Positions 29,963-42,397 of a stretch of 64,000 nt of DNA are shown here, in pieces. The stretch lies in NCBI GenBank assembly GCA_023423415.1, contig JAFAFP010000158.1:3814-67813 (forward strand), in the 5' to 3' direction. The position numbers and the translations under genes are program-made. Below the pieces are notes generated by a model. It was not told where the DNA came from. It searched no databases and saw only the letters and a list, made by a program, of their open reading frames with translations. This DNA is from Pseudomonadota bacterium. Lineage in GTDB: Bacteria; Pseudomonadota; Alphaproteobacteria; Rhizobiales; Xanthobacteraceae. Position 1 is the first letter of the stretch. Every line of letters starts with the position of its first letter.

Positions 29963-30182
29963 ACGGGCATCGGTGACATATGGGGATGACGGGAGATTGT
30001 CCCGAGATAACGGGCCAGTTCCTCCGCCACAAGGACGGCCGGCGGCATGCCAGTTTCCCATCAGTTGCAACGCCCGCTGCCACTCTCTAGACTTTGAGTG
30101 AACTTTGAACACAACGCCGCCGGAACGCCCGGAACCACATCCCTGGGCCATGCGGGGCAGGACGAGCTAAATCAACGACGAG

Positions 30183-31319
30183 GTGCGGGCGACCGGCCTC
30201 GATCCCGCGCGTGATCGAGCGCCGGTCGATCCTGCGCAAAGGTTCGGCTATCAGGGGGATCGAGGTTCGCCTCAGGTACAACTGGGCCGTGATGGTCGCG
30301 CGGATTCCGCCGCTGCGGGCGCTGATTTATGCGGTCCATCCTATGCAGCGCTCGATCTGGGCACCAATAATTGCCGGTTGCTGGTAGCTCGCGCGACTCA
30401 CGACGGCTTCCGCGTGATCGATGCTTTTTCCCGCATCATCCGGCTGGGCGAGGGAATCACTGCATCGGGGCGGCTCGGTGAGCCGGCGATCGCTCGCGCT
30501 GTTGAAGTGCTGACGATCTGCCGGGACAAGATGCGCAATCGCGGCGTGACCCGGATGCGTCTGATCGCGACTGAGGCTTGTCGTCTCGCCACGAATGGTG
30601 GCGATTTCCTCGATCGGGTGCGCGCCGATGTCGGCATTGCGCTTGAAATCGTCGATCGTGAAACCGAAGCCATGCTCGCGGCGATCGGCTGTACGCCGCT
30701 GGTCGATCCCGATTCCCAGGGCGCGATCCTGTTCGATATCGGGGGCGGATCGTCGGAGATCGCCAAGCTCGGTCGACCGCAAGCACACCGCAACGGTCCA
30801 CCCGGGCCGGACGTGCGCGGATGGATTTCGCTGCCGGTCGGCGTCGTCACACTTGCCGAACGTCACGGCGGCGTTGTGGTCACGCGCAAGATCTTCGAAG
30901 CTATGGTCGATGAGGTCACGCTCCATTTGCGGGATTTCGCACGCGAGCATGCGGACGATCATTCCGGTGATATGCATCTGCTCGGCACATCGGGGACGGT
31001 GACGACGATCGCCGGCGTACATCTTGGCTTGCGTCGCTATGACCGGCGCCGGGTCGATGGCTGCTGGATGATGGACGGCGAAGTCACAGATGTGATGGAG
31101 CGCATGCTCGCCATGTCTTATGAGGAACGCGTGGAGAATGCTTGCATCGGTGCGGATCGGGCCGATCTCGTGCTGGCCGGTTGCGCCATTCTCGAAGCGA
31201 TCCGCAGGGTTTTCCCGAGCGCGCGGCTGCGCGTCGCCGATCGCGGTTTGCGCGAAGGCATGTTGGTGCAGATGATGCGCGCCGATGGTGTGTGGCGCGA
31301 GACGGGTGTGGTTTCGTGA
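30183..31319 (+). CDS. Ppx/GppA family phosphatase (start uncertain)
   Basis: [32 protein letters not shown]. Confidence 0.9.
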   Translation: MRATGLDPARDRAPVDPAQRFGYQGDRGSPQVQLGRDGRADSAAAGADLCGPSYAALDLGTNNCRLLVARATHDGFRVIDAFSRIIRLGEGITASGRLGEPAIARAVEVLTICRDKMRNRGVTRMRLIATEACRLATNGGDFLDRVRADVGIALEIVDRETEAMLAAIGCTPLVDPDSQGAILFDIGGGSSEIAKLGRPQAHRNGPPGPDVRGWISLPVGVVTLAERHGGVVVTRKIFEAMVDEVTLHLRDFAREHADDHSGDMHLLGTSGTVTTIAGVHLGLRRYDRRRVDGCWMMDGEVTDVMERMLAMSYEERVENACIGADRADLVLAGCAILEAIRRVFPSARLRVADRGLREGMLVQMMRADGVWRETGVVS

Positions 31320-32011
31320 AAGGTTCGCGCAGTAGCAGCGGTGGCGAGCGTGAGTTGAAGACGCGCGTGAAGACCGGCAAAAGCCGATCGCTGTCGTCGA
31401 AGCTCTGGCTCGAACGCCAACTCAATGATCCCTATGTCGCGCGCGCCAAACGCGAAGGCTTTCGCTCACGCGCGGTCTACAAGCTCATGGAGATCGACGA
31501 TAAGCATCGCTTTCTGAAGCCGGGTGCGCGCGTCGTCGATCTGGGTGCGGCTCCTGGCGGCTGGAGTCAGATCGCAGCGAAGCGCGTTGGCGCGACCGAG
31601 GGCAAAGGCCGCGTTGTGGCCATCGATATTCTCGACATGGATACAATACCTGGTGTCGATATTCTGCTCCTCGATTTTCTCCATCCCAATGCGCCGGACA
31701 TTCTGAAAGAGAAGCTCGGCGGCAAGGCCGATATCGTCCTGTCCGACATGGCCGCGAATGCCACCGGCCATCGCAAAACCGACCATCTCAAGATCATGGG
31801 GCTGGTCGAAGCGGCGGCGGAATTCGCAACGGAGATATTGAATCCGGGCGGTGTTTTCCTCGCCAAGGTGTTGCAGGGCGGTACCGAGGGGGAGCTTTTA
31901 AGTCTTCTGAAACGCAGCTTTTCGAGCGTCAAACACATCAAACCAGCGGCCAGCCGGGCCGATTCTGCTGAATTATATGTGTTTGCAGCCGGCTTCCGCG
32001 GGCAAAATTGA
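31316..32011 (+). CDS. rlmE: 23S rRNA Um2552 methyltransferase RlmE/FtsJ
   Basis: [38 protein letters not shown] start overlapping the upstream stop. Confidence 0.95.
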   Translation: MKGSRSSSGGERELKTRVKTGKSRSLSSKLWLERQLNDPYVARAKREGFRSRAVYKLMEIDDKHRFLKPGARVVDLGAAPGGWSQIAAKRVGATEGKGRVVAIDILDMDTIPGVDILLLDFLHPNAPDILKEKLGGKADIVLSDMAANATGHRKTDHLKIMGLVEAAAEFATEILNPGGVFLAKVLQGGTEGELLSLLKRSFSSVKHIKPAASRADSAELYVFAAGFRGQN

Positions 32012-32188
32012 CGTAAGGATGCCTCGATTTGGCCCGGTTTTATTGACGTTTCTGTGTACGACAGCCTTCGGACGCCCATTTTACCGATATTTTTGAGGCT
32101 TTGGGGCTTGCGGGCGCTTCGCATGGGCCTGCGAATCTCTTATTCCGGAGCCCTTGCGCACAACCGCGCAGTTTAGAGGGCATATCCT

Positions 32189-32542
32189 ATGGCGGCAAAA
32201 ACCAAGACAAAGGCGGCTGCAAAGTCGACAGCAAAGAAGACAGCGGCTCCGAAGGCTGCGGCAGCGGGCAAGGTCACGCTGAAGCAGATCGCGGCGGTTC
32301 TTGCTGAAGATCACGAACTGACCAAGAAGCAGGGCGAGGCGATGCTCAACGATTTCGTTGCGATCGTCACCAAGCACCTCAAGAAGGGCGATCGTATTCG
32401 TCTCACCGGTCTCGGCATCCTGCAGGTCCGCAAGCGCGCTGCGCGTATGGGCCGCAACCCGGCAACCGGCGAAGCCATCAAGATCAAGGCGAGCAAGAAG
32501 ATTGCCTTCCGCGCCGCCAAAGAACTGAAAGAATCGGTCTAA
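32189..32542 (+). CDS. HU-family DNA-binding protein with Lys/Ala-rich N-terminal extension
   Basis: GDRIRLTGLG, ARMGRNPATGE, FRAAKELKE. Confidence 0.92.
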   Translation: MAAKTKTKAAAKSTAKKTAAPKAAAAGKVTLKQIAAVLAEDHELTKKQGEAMLNDFVAIVTKHLKKGDRIRLTGLGILQVRKRAARMGRNPATGEAIKIKASKKIAFRAAKELKESV

Positions 32543-32565
32543 TCGATCGCACCTCTTTCTGACGT

Positions 32566-32646
32566 GTCATGCGCGGGCCTGACCCGCGCATCCATTGTCA
32601 AAGAAGTTCTTTCAAGATGGATTGCCGGGAGGCGCCCGGCAATGAC
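32566..32646. repeat. Inverted dimer of GTCAT/ATGAC-tagged REP-like palindromes
   Basis: gtcatgcgcggg-cctga-cccgcgcatccat ... atggattgccggg-aggcg-cccggcaatgac. Confidence 0.75.
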
Positions 32647-32680
32647 AAGGATGAGGGCCTCGCACCCTACTGTGAGGCCG

Positions 32681-34141
32681 TCACCCGGCCCGTTGGTCGG
32701 ATGTTTCGCCGGCCGCGATCGGCTCGGCTTTGACTGCGGTAGCTTCGGCTTTTGCCGGTACACGCCCCGACATTTCCGCACCTGCATCGGCGGGCAATCG
32801 CCAGAATAGCAGCGCCGAAGACGCCGAAATCGCTGCAACCACGAGAAATGCTGGCGTGAAGTCGGCCGGCTCAAGAACGGCGGCGCCGCGCCACCTCATC
32901 GACAGTTCCACCAACAGTGCCCCGACCGCGACGCCGGTCGAGATCGACAATTGTTGACCGACCGATGCCAGTGCCGTTGCACGGCTCATGCGGCGCGCAT
33001 CAATGTCAGCGTAGGCAATGGTGTTGACCGCAGTGAATTGCAGCGCGCGGAAGAAGCCGCCGATCAGCAGGATCGTGGTCAGCACGGCCACCGGCATGCC
33101 GGGCCGGAAGATCGCGCAGGCGGCGATGAAGGCTGCGCTGATAACTGCATTCACAATCATCACACGTTTGAAGCCGTAGCGTTCAATGGTGCGGGATGCG
33201 ACCGTTTTCATGCCGATGGCGCCAATGGCGCCCGCGAAGGTGACAAGTCCTGACTGAAACGGAGTCATGCCGAAGCCGAACTGCAACATCAGCGGAAGAA
33301 GAAACGGCAGCGCCCCGATGCCGAGACGGAACAGAAAGCCGCCGACGACGCTGGCGTGGAATGTCGGAATGCGCAGCAGCGAGAAATCAAGGATCGGTGC
33401 AGGGACTGTCCTTGAATAGAAGACATATGCAGTCATGGCGACCGCGCCGACGCCGATCAGCGCAACGACGATTGGCCACGGAAGCATATCGAGTCCGGCG
33501 ACTGATAAGCCGAAGGCAAGACCGGCAACGCCGATGCCAGCCAGCACCATGCCAATGCCATCGAACGGTTCCTGATGCTCGGCCGGCACCGGATCGATAT
33601 AGAGCGTCACCAGGACGATGCCGATCAGCCCGATCGGAATGTTGATGATGAAGATCCAGTGCCACGACGCGTAGGTCGTGATGAAGCCGCCAAGCGGCGG
33701 GCCGACGACAGGACCGATCAGGGCAGGGATCGTCACCCAGGCCATGGCGTTGACGAGTTCGCGCTTCTCGATCGTGCGCACCAGGACGAGCCGCCCTACC
33801 GGCGTCATCATCGCGCCGCCGATGCCCTGAATGATGCGTGCGACCACAAAGCCTTCGAGCGATGAGGCGAGCGCGCAGCCGATCGATCCCAGCATGAAAA
33901 CAGCGATGGCGGCCCGAAACACGGTGCGGGCGCCAAATCGGTCGGCGGTCCAGCCACTCGCGGGAATGAAAACGGCGAGCGAGAGCAGATAGGATGTGAC
34001 GGCGAGCTTCAGCGCCAATGGATTGGTGCCGATATCGGCTGCGATCGCGGGCAGCGAGGTCGCGATCACCGTAGAGTCGAGATTCTCCATGAACAGGGCG
34101 CAAGCCACGATGAGCGGGACGAGGCGGGGGTGGTGTTTCAT
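32681..34141 (-). CDS. MFS drug:H+ antiporter (DHA2-type)
   Basis: FMENLDSTVI, GWTADRFGAR, GPVVGPPLGG; many hydrophobic segments. Confidence 0.9.
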   Translation of the reverse strand: MKHHPRLVPLIVACALFMENLDSTVIATSLPAIAADIGTNPLALKLAVTSYLLSLAVFIPASGWTADRFGARTVFRAAIAVFMLGSIGCALASSLEGFVVARIIQGIGGAMMTPVGRLVLVRTIEKRELVNAMAWVTIPALIGPVVGPPLGGFITTYASWHWIFIINIPIGLIGIVLVTLYIDPVPAEHQEPFDGIGMVLAGIGVAGLAFGLSVAGLDMLPWPIVVALIGVGAVAMTAYVFYSRTVPAPILDFSLLRIPTFHASVVGGFLFRLGIGALPFLLPLMLQFGFGMTPFQSGLVTFAGAIGAIGMKTVASRTIERYGFKRVMIVNAVISAAFIAACAIFRPGMPVAVLTTILLIGGFFRALQFTAVNTIAYADIDARRMSRATALASVGQQLSISTGVAVGALLVELSMRWRGAAVLEPADFTPAFLVVAAISASSALLFWRLPADAGAEMSGRVPAKAEATAVKAEPIAAGETSDQRAG

Positions 34142-34328
34142 GAAGCTTTCTAACGGTTCGGCGAAGACCGGCTTTCTTTATTTAAGCCTGCTCAATAACC
34201 CAACATCTTGCGCTGGTGGCTGACATTCCTACATCGAATGGCTGCAAGATGGCTTGCGAGCGAATGCCGGACGGCATCGGAACACAGACTGGACAGCATC
34301 ATCCTGCTGGAATTTGGAGAGACCCTGA

Positions 34329-34583
34329 ATGATCTACGTTCTCGCGTTTTTCCTGCCGCCGCTGGCGTTGTTGCTCAACGGCCAGGTCTTCGCGGCTGTT
34401 TTCAACGCTGTCTTGTTCGTGCTGTTCCTGGTGCTGGGGCTGTTGTCCCTTTCGCCCTGGTTGTGGGCGATTGCGCCCGCGCACGCGATCATCGCGATCT
34501 ACATGCGGCGCGAAGATCGTCGGCATCGCGAGATCGTCGATGCGATCGAGAAGCATGGCGCGCCTCCCAGTTGGAGGCGGTAA
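34329..34583 (+). CDS. YqaE/Pmp3-like small membrane protein
   Basis: LAFFLPPLA motif, two hydrophobic segments, GGAG SD. Confidence 0.7.
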   Translation: MIYVLAFFLPPLALLLNGQVFAAVFNAVLFVLFLVLGLLSLSPWLWAIAPAHAIIAIYMRREDRRHREIVDAIEKHGAPPSWRR

Positions 34584-34610
34584 CCGCAACAGTGCGACGT
34601 CGCGCGCGCA

Positions 34611-35441
34611 TCAGCCGCGCGCGATCTCTGCCGCAGCAATCTCCATAATCTTCAAAGCGAGGTCTGCCGGCTGGTTGTCTTCCAGTGACCAGAGCGCCGA
34701 CAGGCCTGAGTAGGCCAGGATCCACTTCAGCAGCCGCGTGCGTTCGATACGCGCGGCCTTTGCAACAACGTGCGCTTGACGCGCGAGACGACCAGGCGAC
34801 GTCGCGACTGGCGCGTTGCGCTCGAAACAGATCGCATCAGGATTGCAGAAGATATTGGCGTAATCGAAACAGCGGTCGCCGAACAGCCGCTTCGGATCGA
34901 TTGCAAGCCATCCCTTCGCACCGAAATCCAGCACATTGCCGTGATGCAGGTCGCCGTGCAGAACCGCGATCTCTTGCTGGTCGGCGAGCAGCGCGCGCGC
35001 CGTATCGCTTGCTTGCTGAACCACGCCGCCATGTGACGGGGCGGCATGCAGCAATGCCTCGAACCATCGTTCGAGCGGGATCAGTTCAGGCAGTGCCTTT
35101 GAACGCGGAGCATGCAGCCGGTCGGCAATCGCACAGATGATGCGGCTGGCTTCGTCGTCTTCGCCTGCGCGAGCCAGCGTTTCGAGCGATCGCGTGCCGG
35201 TGGCGCGTTCCATCAGAAGAGCATCGCCGTCATGCGCCAGCACGGAGGCCGCGCCATCGCCATCCCACCAGACCATCAGGCCGCTGCCGAAGCGCTCTTC
35301 CTTTTCCAACGCGATCTTCAGCATGGCGGGAACGCCACGTTGCCGGACGGCTAGCAACCGGCTGCTTGGCGTGACGATCGGGTCGCCGTCCGGTGTCAGC
35401 GACCAGCGCCGGAGGTGGGTTTGAAAGGGTGCGAGGGTCAT
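34611..35441 (-). CDS. APH(6)-family aminoglycoside/hydroxyurea phosphotransferase
   Basis: LHGDLHHGNVL, WLAIDPK, FDYANIFCNP, StrB-like. Confidence 0.88.
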   Translation of the reverse strand: MTLAPFQTHLRRWSLTPDGDPIVTPSSRLLAVRQRGVPAMLKIALEKEERFGSGLMVWWDGDGAASVLAHDGDALLMERATGTRSLETLARAGEDDEASRIICAIADRLHAPRSKALPELIPLERWFEALLHAAPSHGGVVQQASDTARALLADQQEIAVLHGDLHHGNVLDFGAKGWLAIDPKRLFGDRCFDYANIFCNPDAICFERNAPVATSPGRLARQAHVVAKAARIERTRLLKWILAYSGLSALWSLEDNQPADLALKIMEIAAAEIARG

Positions 35442-35775
35442 GGACAGAACGGGGGTGGCGGCGGGGCGCAGGGAGCGGCGCGGCACGTCACAATGATGTG
35501 AATAAGCAGGCGCGCCGCGGCGATGACGCCCGATCAGTTCCATGTCCGTCACGGGGCTTCACTGTCACGGGCTTGGGAAATAGACTGATTTCCTACAAAA
35601 TTTGAGCGTCTGCGGCAATTGTCTTATCCCGCGGAGCAAGTCTGCCTGTGCGGAAATGGCGCTCCTAACTTTGTTAACTCTACCCGTCGAACTGGACGGG
35701 AATTTACCTCGATTTTTGGAACAAATTTCGCGCCAAGGTATTTAGGGGCGATATCCGGGCGCCAAAGGAATTGGC

Positions 35776-37341
35776 ATGTCTAACGATGAGCTGGCCAAAC
35801 CAGCGGTTACGAGGGATTTATTCGAAAGCGAACGCCGGTTCCGGCTTCTGGTGGAGGGAGTCGTCGATTACGCGATCTACATGCTGGGCCCGGACGGTCG
35901 TATCATCAATTGGAACGCCGGCGCGGAACGCATCAAGGGATATCACGCAACCGAAATTATTGGCGCGCATTTCAGCAAGTTTTACACGCCGGAGGACCGC
36001 GAAGCGGGCATGCCGGCGAAATCGCTTGAGACTGCGGCTCGGTACGGAAAATTCGAAGCTGAAGGCTGGCGGATGCGCAAGGACGGCACTCGTTTCATGG
36101 CCTCCGTTGTCATCGACGCCATTTATGAAAACGGTGAATTGATCGGCTTCGCCAAGATCACGCGCGACATCACCGAACGGCGCAATTCCCAGATCGCACT
36201 CGACAAGATCCAGCGGCAACTGGCCGAAGCACAGAAGATGGATGCGCTCGGCCATCTGACTGGCGGCGTGGCCCACGATTTCAACAATCTTCTGATGATC
36301 GTGTCCGGCCATGTGCGGACGATCAAGAAGGCGCTGAGCGATGATCCCAAGCTTGAACGTACGGTGCAGGCGATCGAACTGGCAACGCAGCGCGGTGCTT
36401 CGCTGACGCGGCAATTGCTGACCTTCTCGCGCCGGCAGAGCGTCAATCCGCAGACGGTTGATATTGCGGCGCGGATCACAGCGATCGAGCAGGTGCTCAA
36501 GAGCGGACTGGGCAACGGCGGCGTCCAACTCGTCTTTGATGTTGCGCCGGATGCCTGGCCGATCACGGTGGATGTCAGCGAGTTGGAGATCGCGTTGGTC
36601 AACCTGGTCGTCAACGCGCGCGATGCAATGCCCAAAGGCGGAACCGTCACACTGTCGGTCAAAAACTGTCATCACCCGGATGCCTTCGAGGGCGACTGTG
36701 TCGCCCTGTCGGTTCAGGACATGGGGGTCGGCATCCCGGAAGACGTTGTTGGAAGGATCTTCGATCCTTTCTTCACGACCAAGCCAGTCGGCAAGGGCAC
36801 CGGCCTCGGATTATCGCAGGTCCACGGCTTTGCGCATCAGGCCGGCGGTACGGTGAAGGTGTCGAGCACGCTCGGCGCGGGCACAACGATGACAGTGTAT
36901 CTTCCGCGCGCGACCGGTTGCGTTCTGAGCGAGAATGAGCTCAGCGCTCCGGATCCCGCTCCCCAGACTGGCATGGTTCTTCTGGTCGAGGACAATCCCG
37001 ATGTTGCGATCGTGAGTACCGAACTTCTGAACCAGCTCGGCTATTCCGTTCGTTGGGTACCGGATGCAGCCACGGCGCTTCAGGAGATCGAAAGCAATCG
37101 CTTCGATGTGGTGTTCAGCGACATCGTTATGCCTGGCACGATGGATGGGCTCGGGCTCGCCAAAACGATCCGCGAGAAATACCCAACTCTGCCCATTCTC
37201 CTTGTTACCGGCTACAGCCATGCGGTGAGCAACGGGTACAGTGAAATTCCAATTCTGCGAAAGCCGTATCAGCTCCACGAACTTAGTCGTGCGTTAACGA
37301 CGCTGGTCGCCCGCAGCGCTCCCCAACGACAAACTGCCTGA
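35776..37341 (+). CDS. Cytoplasmic hybrid PAS-histidine kinase-receiver protein
   Basis: PAS ([11 protein letters not shown]), H-box [20 protein letters not shown], receiver FSDIVMP. Confidence 0.93.
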   Translation: MSNDELAKPAVTRDLFESERRFRLLVEGVVDYAIYMLGPDGRIINWNAGAERIKGYHATEIIGAHFSKFYTPEDREAGMPAKSLETAARYGKFEAEGWRMRKDGTRFMASVVIDAIYENGELIGFAKITRDITERRNSQIALDKIQRQLAEAQKMDALGHLTGGVAHDFNNLLMIVSGHVRTIKKALSDDPKLERTVQAIELATQRGASLTRQLLTFSRRQSVNPQTVDIAARITAIEQVLKSGLGNGGVQLVFDVAPDAWPITVDVSELEIALVNLVVNARDAMPKGGTVTLSVKNCHHPDAFEGDCVALSVQDMGVGIPEDVVGRIFDPFFTTKPVGKGTGLGLSQVHGFAHQAGGTVKVSSTLGAGTTMTVYLPRATGCVLSENELSAPDPAPQTGMVLLVEDNPDVAIVSTELLNQLGYSVRWVPDAATALQEIESNRFDVVFSDIVMPGTMDGLGLAKTIREKYPTLPILLVTGYSHAVSNGYSEIPILRKPYQLHELSRALTTLVARSAPQRQTA

Positions 37342-37388
37342 ACCCGCGCGCAAGCGCAGCGGGTCCAAGTATTGCAAACACGTCGATA

Positions 37389-37796
37389 TCAGCCGTGATC
37401 GGCGCGCTTGACGCCGATCCATTGCAGGATTGCGAAACCGCCGACCGTCACCGCCTGCATGATGACGAATGCCGAGCCGATGAGCGTCGGTGCGACCCAT
37501 CCCGAGGCGAGCAGCACGAAACTGTCGACCGCCCACATCGCGTTATAGGCGATGATGGCCAGCGTCGCAGTGCGCGAGGGCACCTCGCGGAGACCGACGA
37601 ACAGCACGATGGCCGCGAAGGGCAGGAGGCTCAGTCCGGCAATGCGCATCAGAGCCACCGGTAAACCGAGGAGGCCGGTGAGGTAATCTGCGCCGACCGT
37701 CAGCAGAAGTCCTGTCGCTGCGCTGGCGACCGCATCGGCTTGCAGCGCGCGGCGAACGAACAGGTGGGCATCAGCCTTCTGGATCGTGGTCGTCAT
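37389..37796 (-). CDS. Four-TM membrane protein divergent from an XRE/MmyB regulator
   Basis: AAGGAG SD, four hydrophobic segments. Confidence 0.75.
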   Translation of the reverse strand: MTTTIQKADAHLFVRRALQADAVASAATGLLLTVGADYLTGLLGLPVALMRIAGLSLLPFAAIVLFVGLREVPSRTATLAIIAYNAMWAVDSFVLLASGWVAPTLIGSAFVIMQAVTVGGFAILQWIGVKRADHG

Positions 37797-37871
37797 CGTC
37801 TTTCTCCTTCGGTGGGCCAGCCAGGGCGGCCGGTGTTGTCGCGACCATGCAGCGGCATCGGATGTGGGTCG

Positions 37872-37888
37872 ATTACCTCGGAGGTCAT
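37872..37888. promoter_or_regulatory. Palindromic candidate operator
   Basis: attacctc-g-gaggtcat in the divergent intergenic region. Confidence 0.45.
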
Positions 37889-37922
37889 GGAAATCGACCG
37901 GCGCCGCCGGTAACGTCGAAGA

Positions 37923-40321
<2,399 letters not shown>

Positions 40322-40330
40322 TCTTGCTTA

Positions 40331-40801
40331 TCCCTCCCCTTTAGGGGAGGGTGGCGCCCGCAGCCAAGCTGACGCAGTCAGCGTGACTTGGCTGCGAGGC
40401 GCCGGGTGGGGTGCGGCATGGCGATCGAGCGTGCCAGGCAGTTGCGGAAGTCGATGACTCGACAAGAAGTCAGACTTTGGGCGCGTTTGCGGACTTTGCG
40501 TGAGCTCGGATTTCATTTTCGCAGACAATCACCAATCGAACGATACATTGTTGATTTCGAATGCCGGAGAGCGCGGCTCGTGGTGGAGCTGGACGGCGGG
40601 CAGCATAATCACGATGAACAAGTCAAGCGTGACCATACGCGAAGCGAAGATCTGAAGCGGCTAGGCTACATGACACTGCGTTTCTGGAATCACGAAATCG
40701 ATCAGAATATCGAAGGGGTGCTGCACACAATTCACACCGTGTTGCTTGACCGCTTACCCCACCCGGCCGCTGCGCGGCCACCCTCCCCTGAAGGGGAGGG
40801 A
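40331..40801. mobile_element. Putative small element: DUF559 nuclease gene between hairpin-forming terminal inverted repeats
   Basis: Left end tccctcccctttaggggagggtggc...gccgggtggggt (40331-40412) matches the reverse complement of right end 40756-40801. Confidence 0.55.
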
Positions 40802-40822
40802 GGACGGAACCAGCGACCATGA
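40418..40822 (+). CDS. DUF559 (Vsr-like PD-(D/E)xK) endonuclease domain protein
   Basis: RARQLRKSMT..E..LW, FRRQSPI, YIVDF, VVELDGGQH, LRFWN. Confidence 0.88.
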   Translation: MAIERARQLRKSMTRQEVRLWARLRTLRELGFHFRRQSPIERYIVDFECRRARLVVELDGGQHNHDEQVKRDHTRSEDLKRLGYMTLRFWNHEIDQNIEGVLHTIHTVLLDRLPHPAAARPPSPEGEGGRNQRP

Positions 40823-41841
40823 CCGACACCGCCCGCCGCTTCGTGCTTAGCTCACGCCCAATCGGCGAGCCGAAAACATCCGATCTGCAGCTTGAGGAGT
40901 TTGCCGTGCCGTCGCCCGGCCAGGGCGAGGTCTTGCTGAGCACGCTGTTCCTGTCGCTCGATCCGTACATGCGCGGCCGCATGAGCGACGCCAAGTCCTA
41001 CGCGGCGCCGGTCCCGCTGGGCGGGGTGATGGAAGGCGGCACGGTCAGCGAAGTGATTGCATCGAACAATCCGAAGTTCTCTGTTGGCGACATCGTGCTC
41101 GGCCGTACGGGGTGGCAGACGCATTCGCTCTCGGATGGCGCAAACCTGCGCAAGGTGGACCCATCGCTCGCTCCGATCTCGACGGCGCTTGGCGTGCTTG
41201 GCATGCCCGGCATGACGGCCTATGCGGGCTTGCTCGAAGTGGGGAAACCAAAGGTGGGCGAGACGCTTGTCGTTGCGGCGGCGTCAGGGGCGGTGGGGTC
41301 GGTTGTAGGGCAGATCGCCAGGATCAAAGGCCTGCGTGTCGTCGGCATTGCCGGTGGTCCGGACAAATGCCGTTACGTGAAGGACGAACTTGGCTTCGAC
41401 GACTGCATCGATCATCGTGCACCGGATCTGCCCGCGCGGCTGGCGGCTGCCTGTCCGAACGGGATCGATATCTATTTCGAGAATGTCGGCGGCGCTGTTC
41501 TTGATGCAGTGCTGCCGTTGCTGAACACATTCGCGCGTGTTCCGATTTGTGGAACCATCGCGCACTATAACGACACCGCGCCGCCACCCGGCCCCGACAA
41601 GCTGCCGGCGGTCTGGCGCATGATCCTGACCAAGCGTCTGACAGTGCGTGGATTGCTCGTCACCGACTTCGCGGCGTTGCATGATGATTTCCTGCGCGAC
41701 GTTTCCGGATGGATGAAGGAGGGTCGCATCAAGTATCGCGAAGACATCGTCGATGGCTTTGAAAATGCGCCGCGCGCTTTGATCGGCCTTTTACGCGGTG
41801 AGAATTTCGGCAAGCTTCTCGTACGCGTTGCTGAGAACTGA
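40819..41841 (+). CDS. NADP-dependent oxidoreductase (CurA/YncB, MDR superfamily)
   Basis: LSLDPYMRGRM, LGMPGMTAY, AASGAVGS, YFENVGG, GENFGKL. Confidence 0.92.
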   Translation: MTDTARRFVLSSRPIGEPKTSDLQLEEFAVPSPGQGEVLLSTLFLSLDPYMRGRMSDAKSYAAPVPLGGVMEGGTVSEVIASNNPKFSVGDIVLGRTGWQTHSLSDGANLRKVDPSLAPISTALGVLGMPGMTAYAGLLEVGKPKVGETLVVAAASGAVGSVVGQIARIKGLRVVGIAGGPDKCRYVKDELGFDDCIDHRAPDLPARLAAACPNGIDIYFENVGGAVLDAVLPLLNTFARVPICGTIAHYNDTAPPPGPDKLPAVWRMILTKRLTVRGLLVTDFAALHDDFLRDVSGWMKEGRIKYREDIVDGFENAPRALIGLLRGENFGKLLVRVAEN

Positions 41842-41854
41842 TTGGGGGAACGTC

Positions 41855-42283
41855 ATGTCGGTGCAGATGATCTTGCTGCCCTTGTTTGTCCAGGTTCTGC
41901 TGACGATTGCGCTGGGCATGAACATGGCGCTGAAGCGTCGCAGCGCCTTCGCGTCAGGCGGAACGCGCTGGCAGGACATCGCCTTGCGCGAGCAGAAGTG
42001 GCCGAGGGAGGCGACACAGGCCGCGAACGCCTTCGCCAACCAGTTCGAAATCCCGGTGCTGTTCTATGTGCTCACGATCCTGGCGCTGATCACCAAGCAG
42101 GCCGATCTGCTGTTTGTGTTGCTGGCCTGGATCTTTGTGATTACGCGTGTGCTGCATGCCGGCGTATTCGTCACCAGCAATCACGTGCCGTCGCGCGGTG
42201 CGATCTTCGGTATTGGTGTGCTCATCCTCATCATCATGTGGGTGATCTATATTATTCGCATTCTCACGCTGCCTTGGGTATAG
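41855..42283 (+). CDS. MAPEG family membrane protein
   Basis: NQFEIPVLFY, RVLHA; hydrophobic helices. Confidence 0.85.
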   Translation: MSVQMILLPLFVQVLLTIALGMNMALKRRSAFASGGTRWQDIALREQKWPREATQAANAFANQFEIPVLFYVLTILALITKQADLLFVLLAWIFVITRVLHAGVFVTSNHVPSRGAIFGIGVLILIIMWVIYIIRILTLPWV

Positions 42284-42288
42284 GGTCG

Positions 42289-42388
42289 GCTATTCCGGGG
42301 TGCCGCGAAGCTTCGCGTCCGGAATGAATCGCCGCATGAATGTGTGAATGGATACCGGGTCCGGCGCTTTCGCGCCGTCCCGTAATGA
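42289..42388. repeat. Degenerate REP-like palindrome dimer
   Basis: attccgg...cgcgaagcttcgcg.ccggaat and gataccgggtccggcgc-ttt-cgcgccgtcccgtaatga; second half resembles 6729-6765. Confidence 0.55.
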
Positions 42389-42397
42389 TGGAATAAG

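Noticed and set aside
34611..35441. APH(6)-like gene as a recently acquired resistance cassette
   Set aside because: No strA partner, integron or IS flanks, and composition resembles the host; probably a resident chromosomal homolog.
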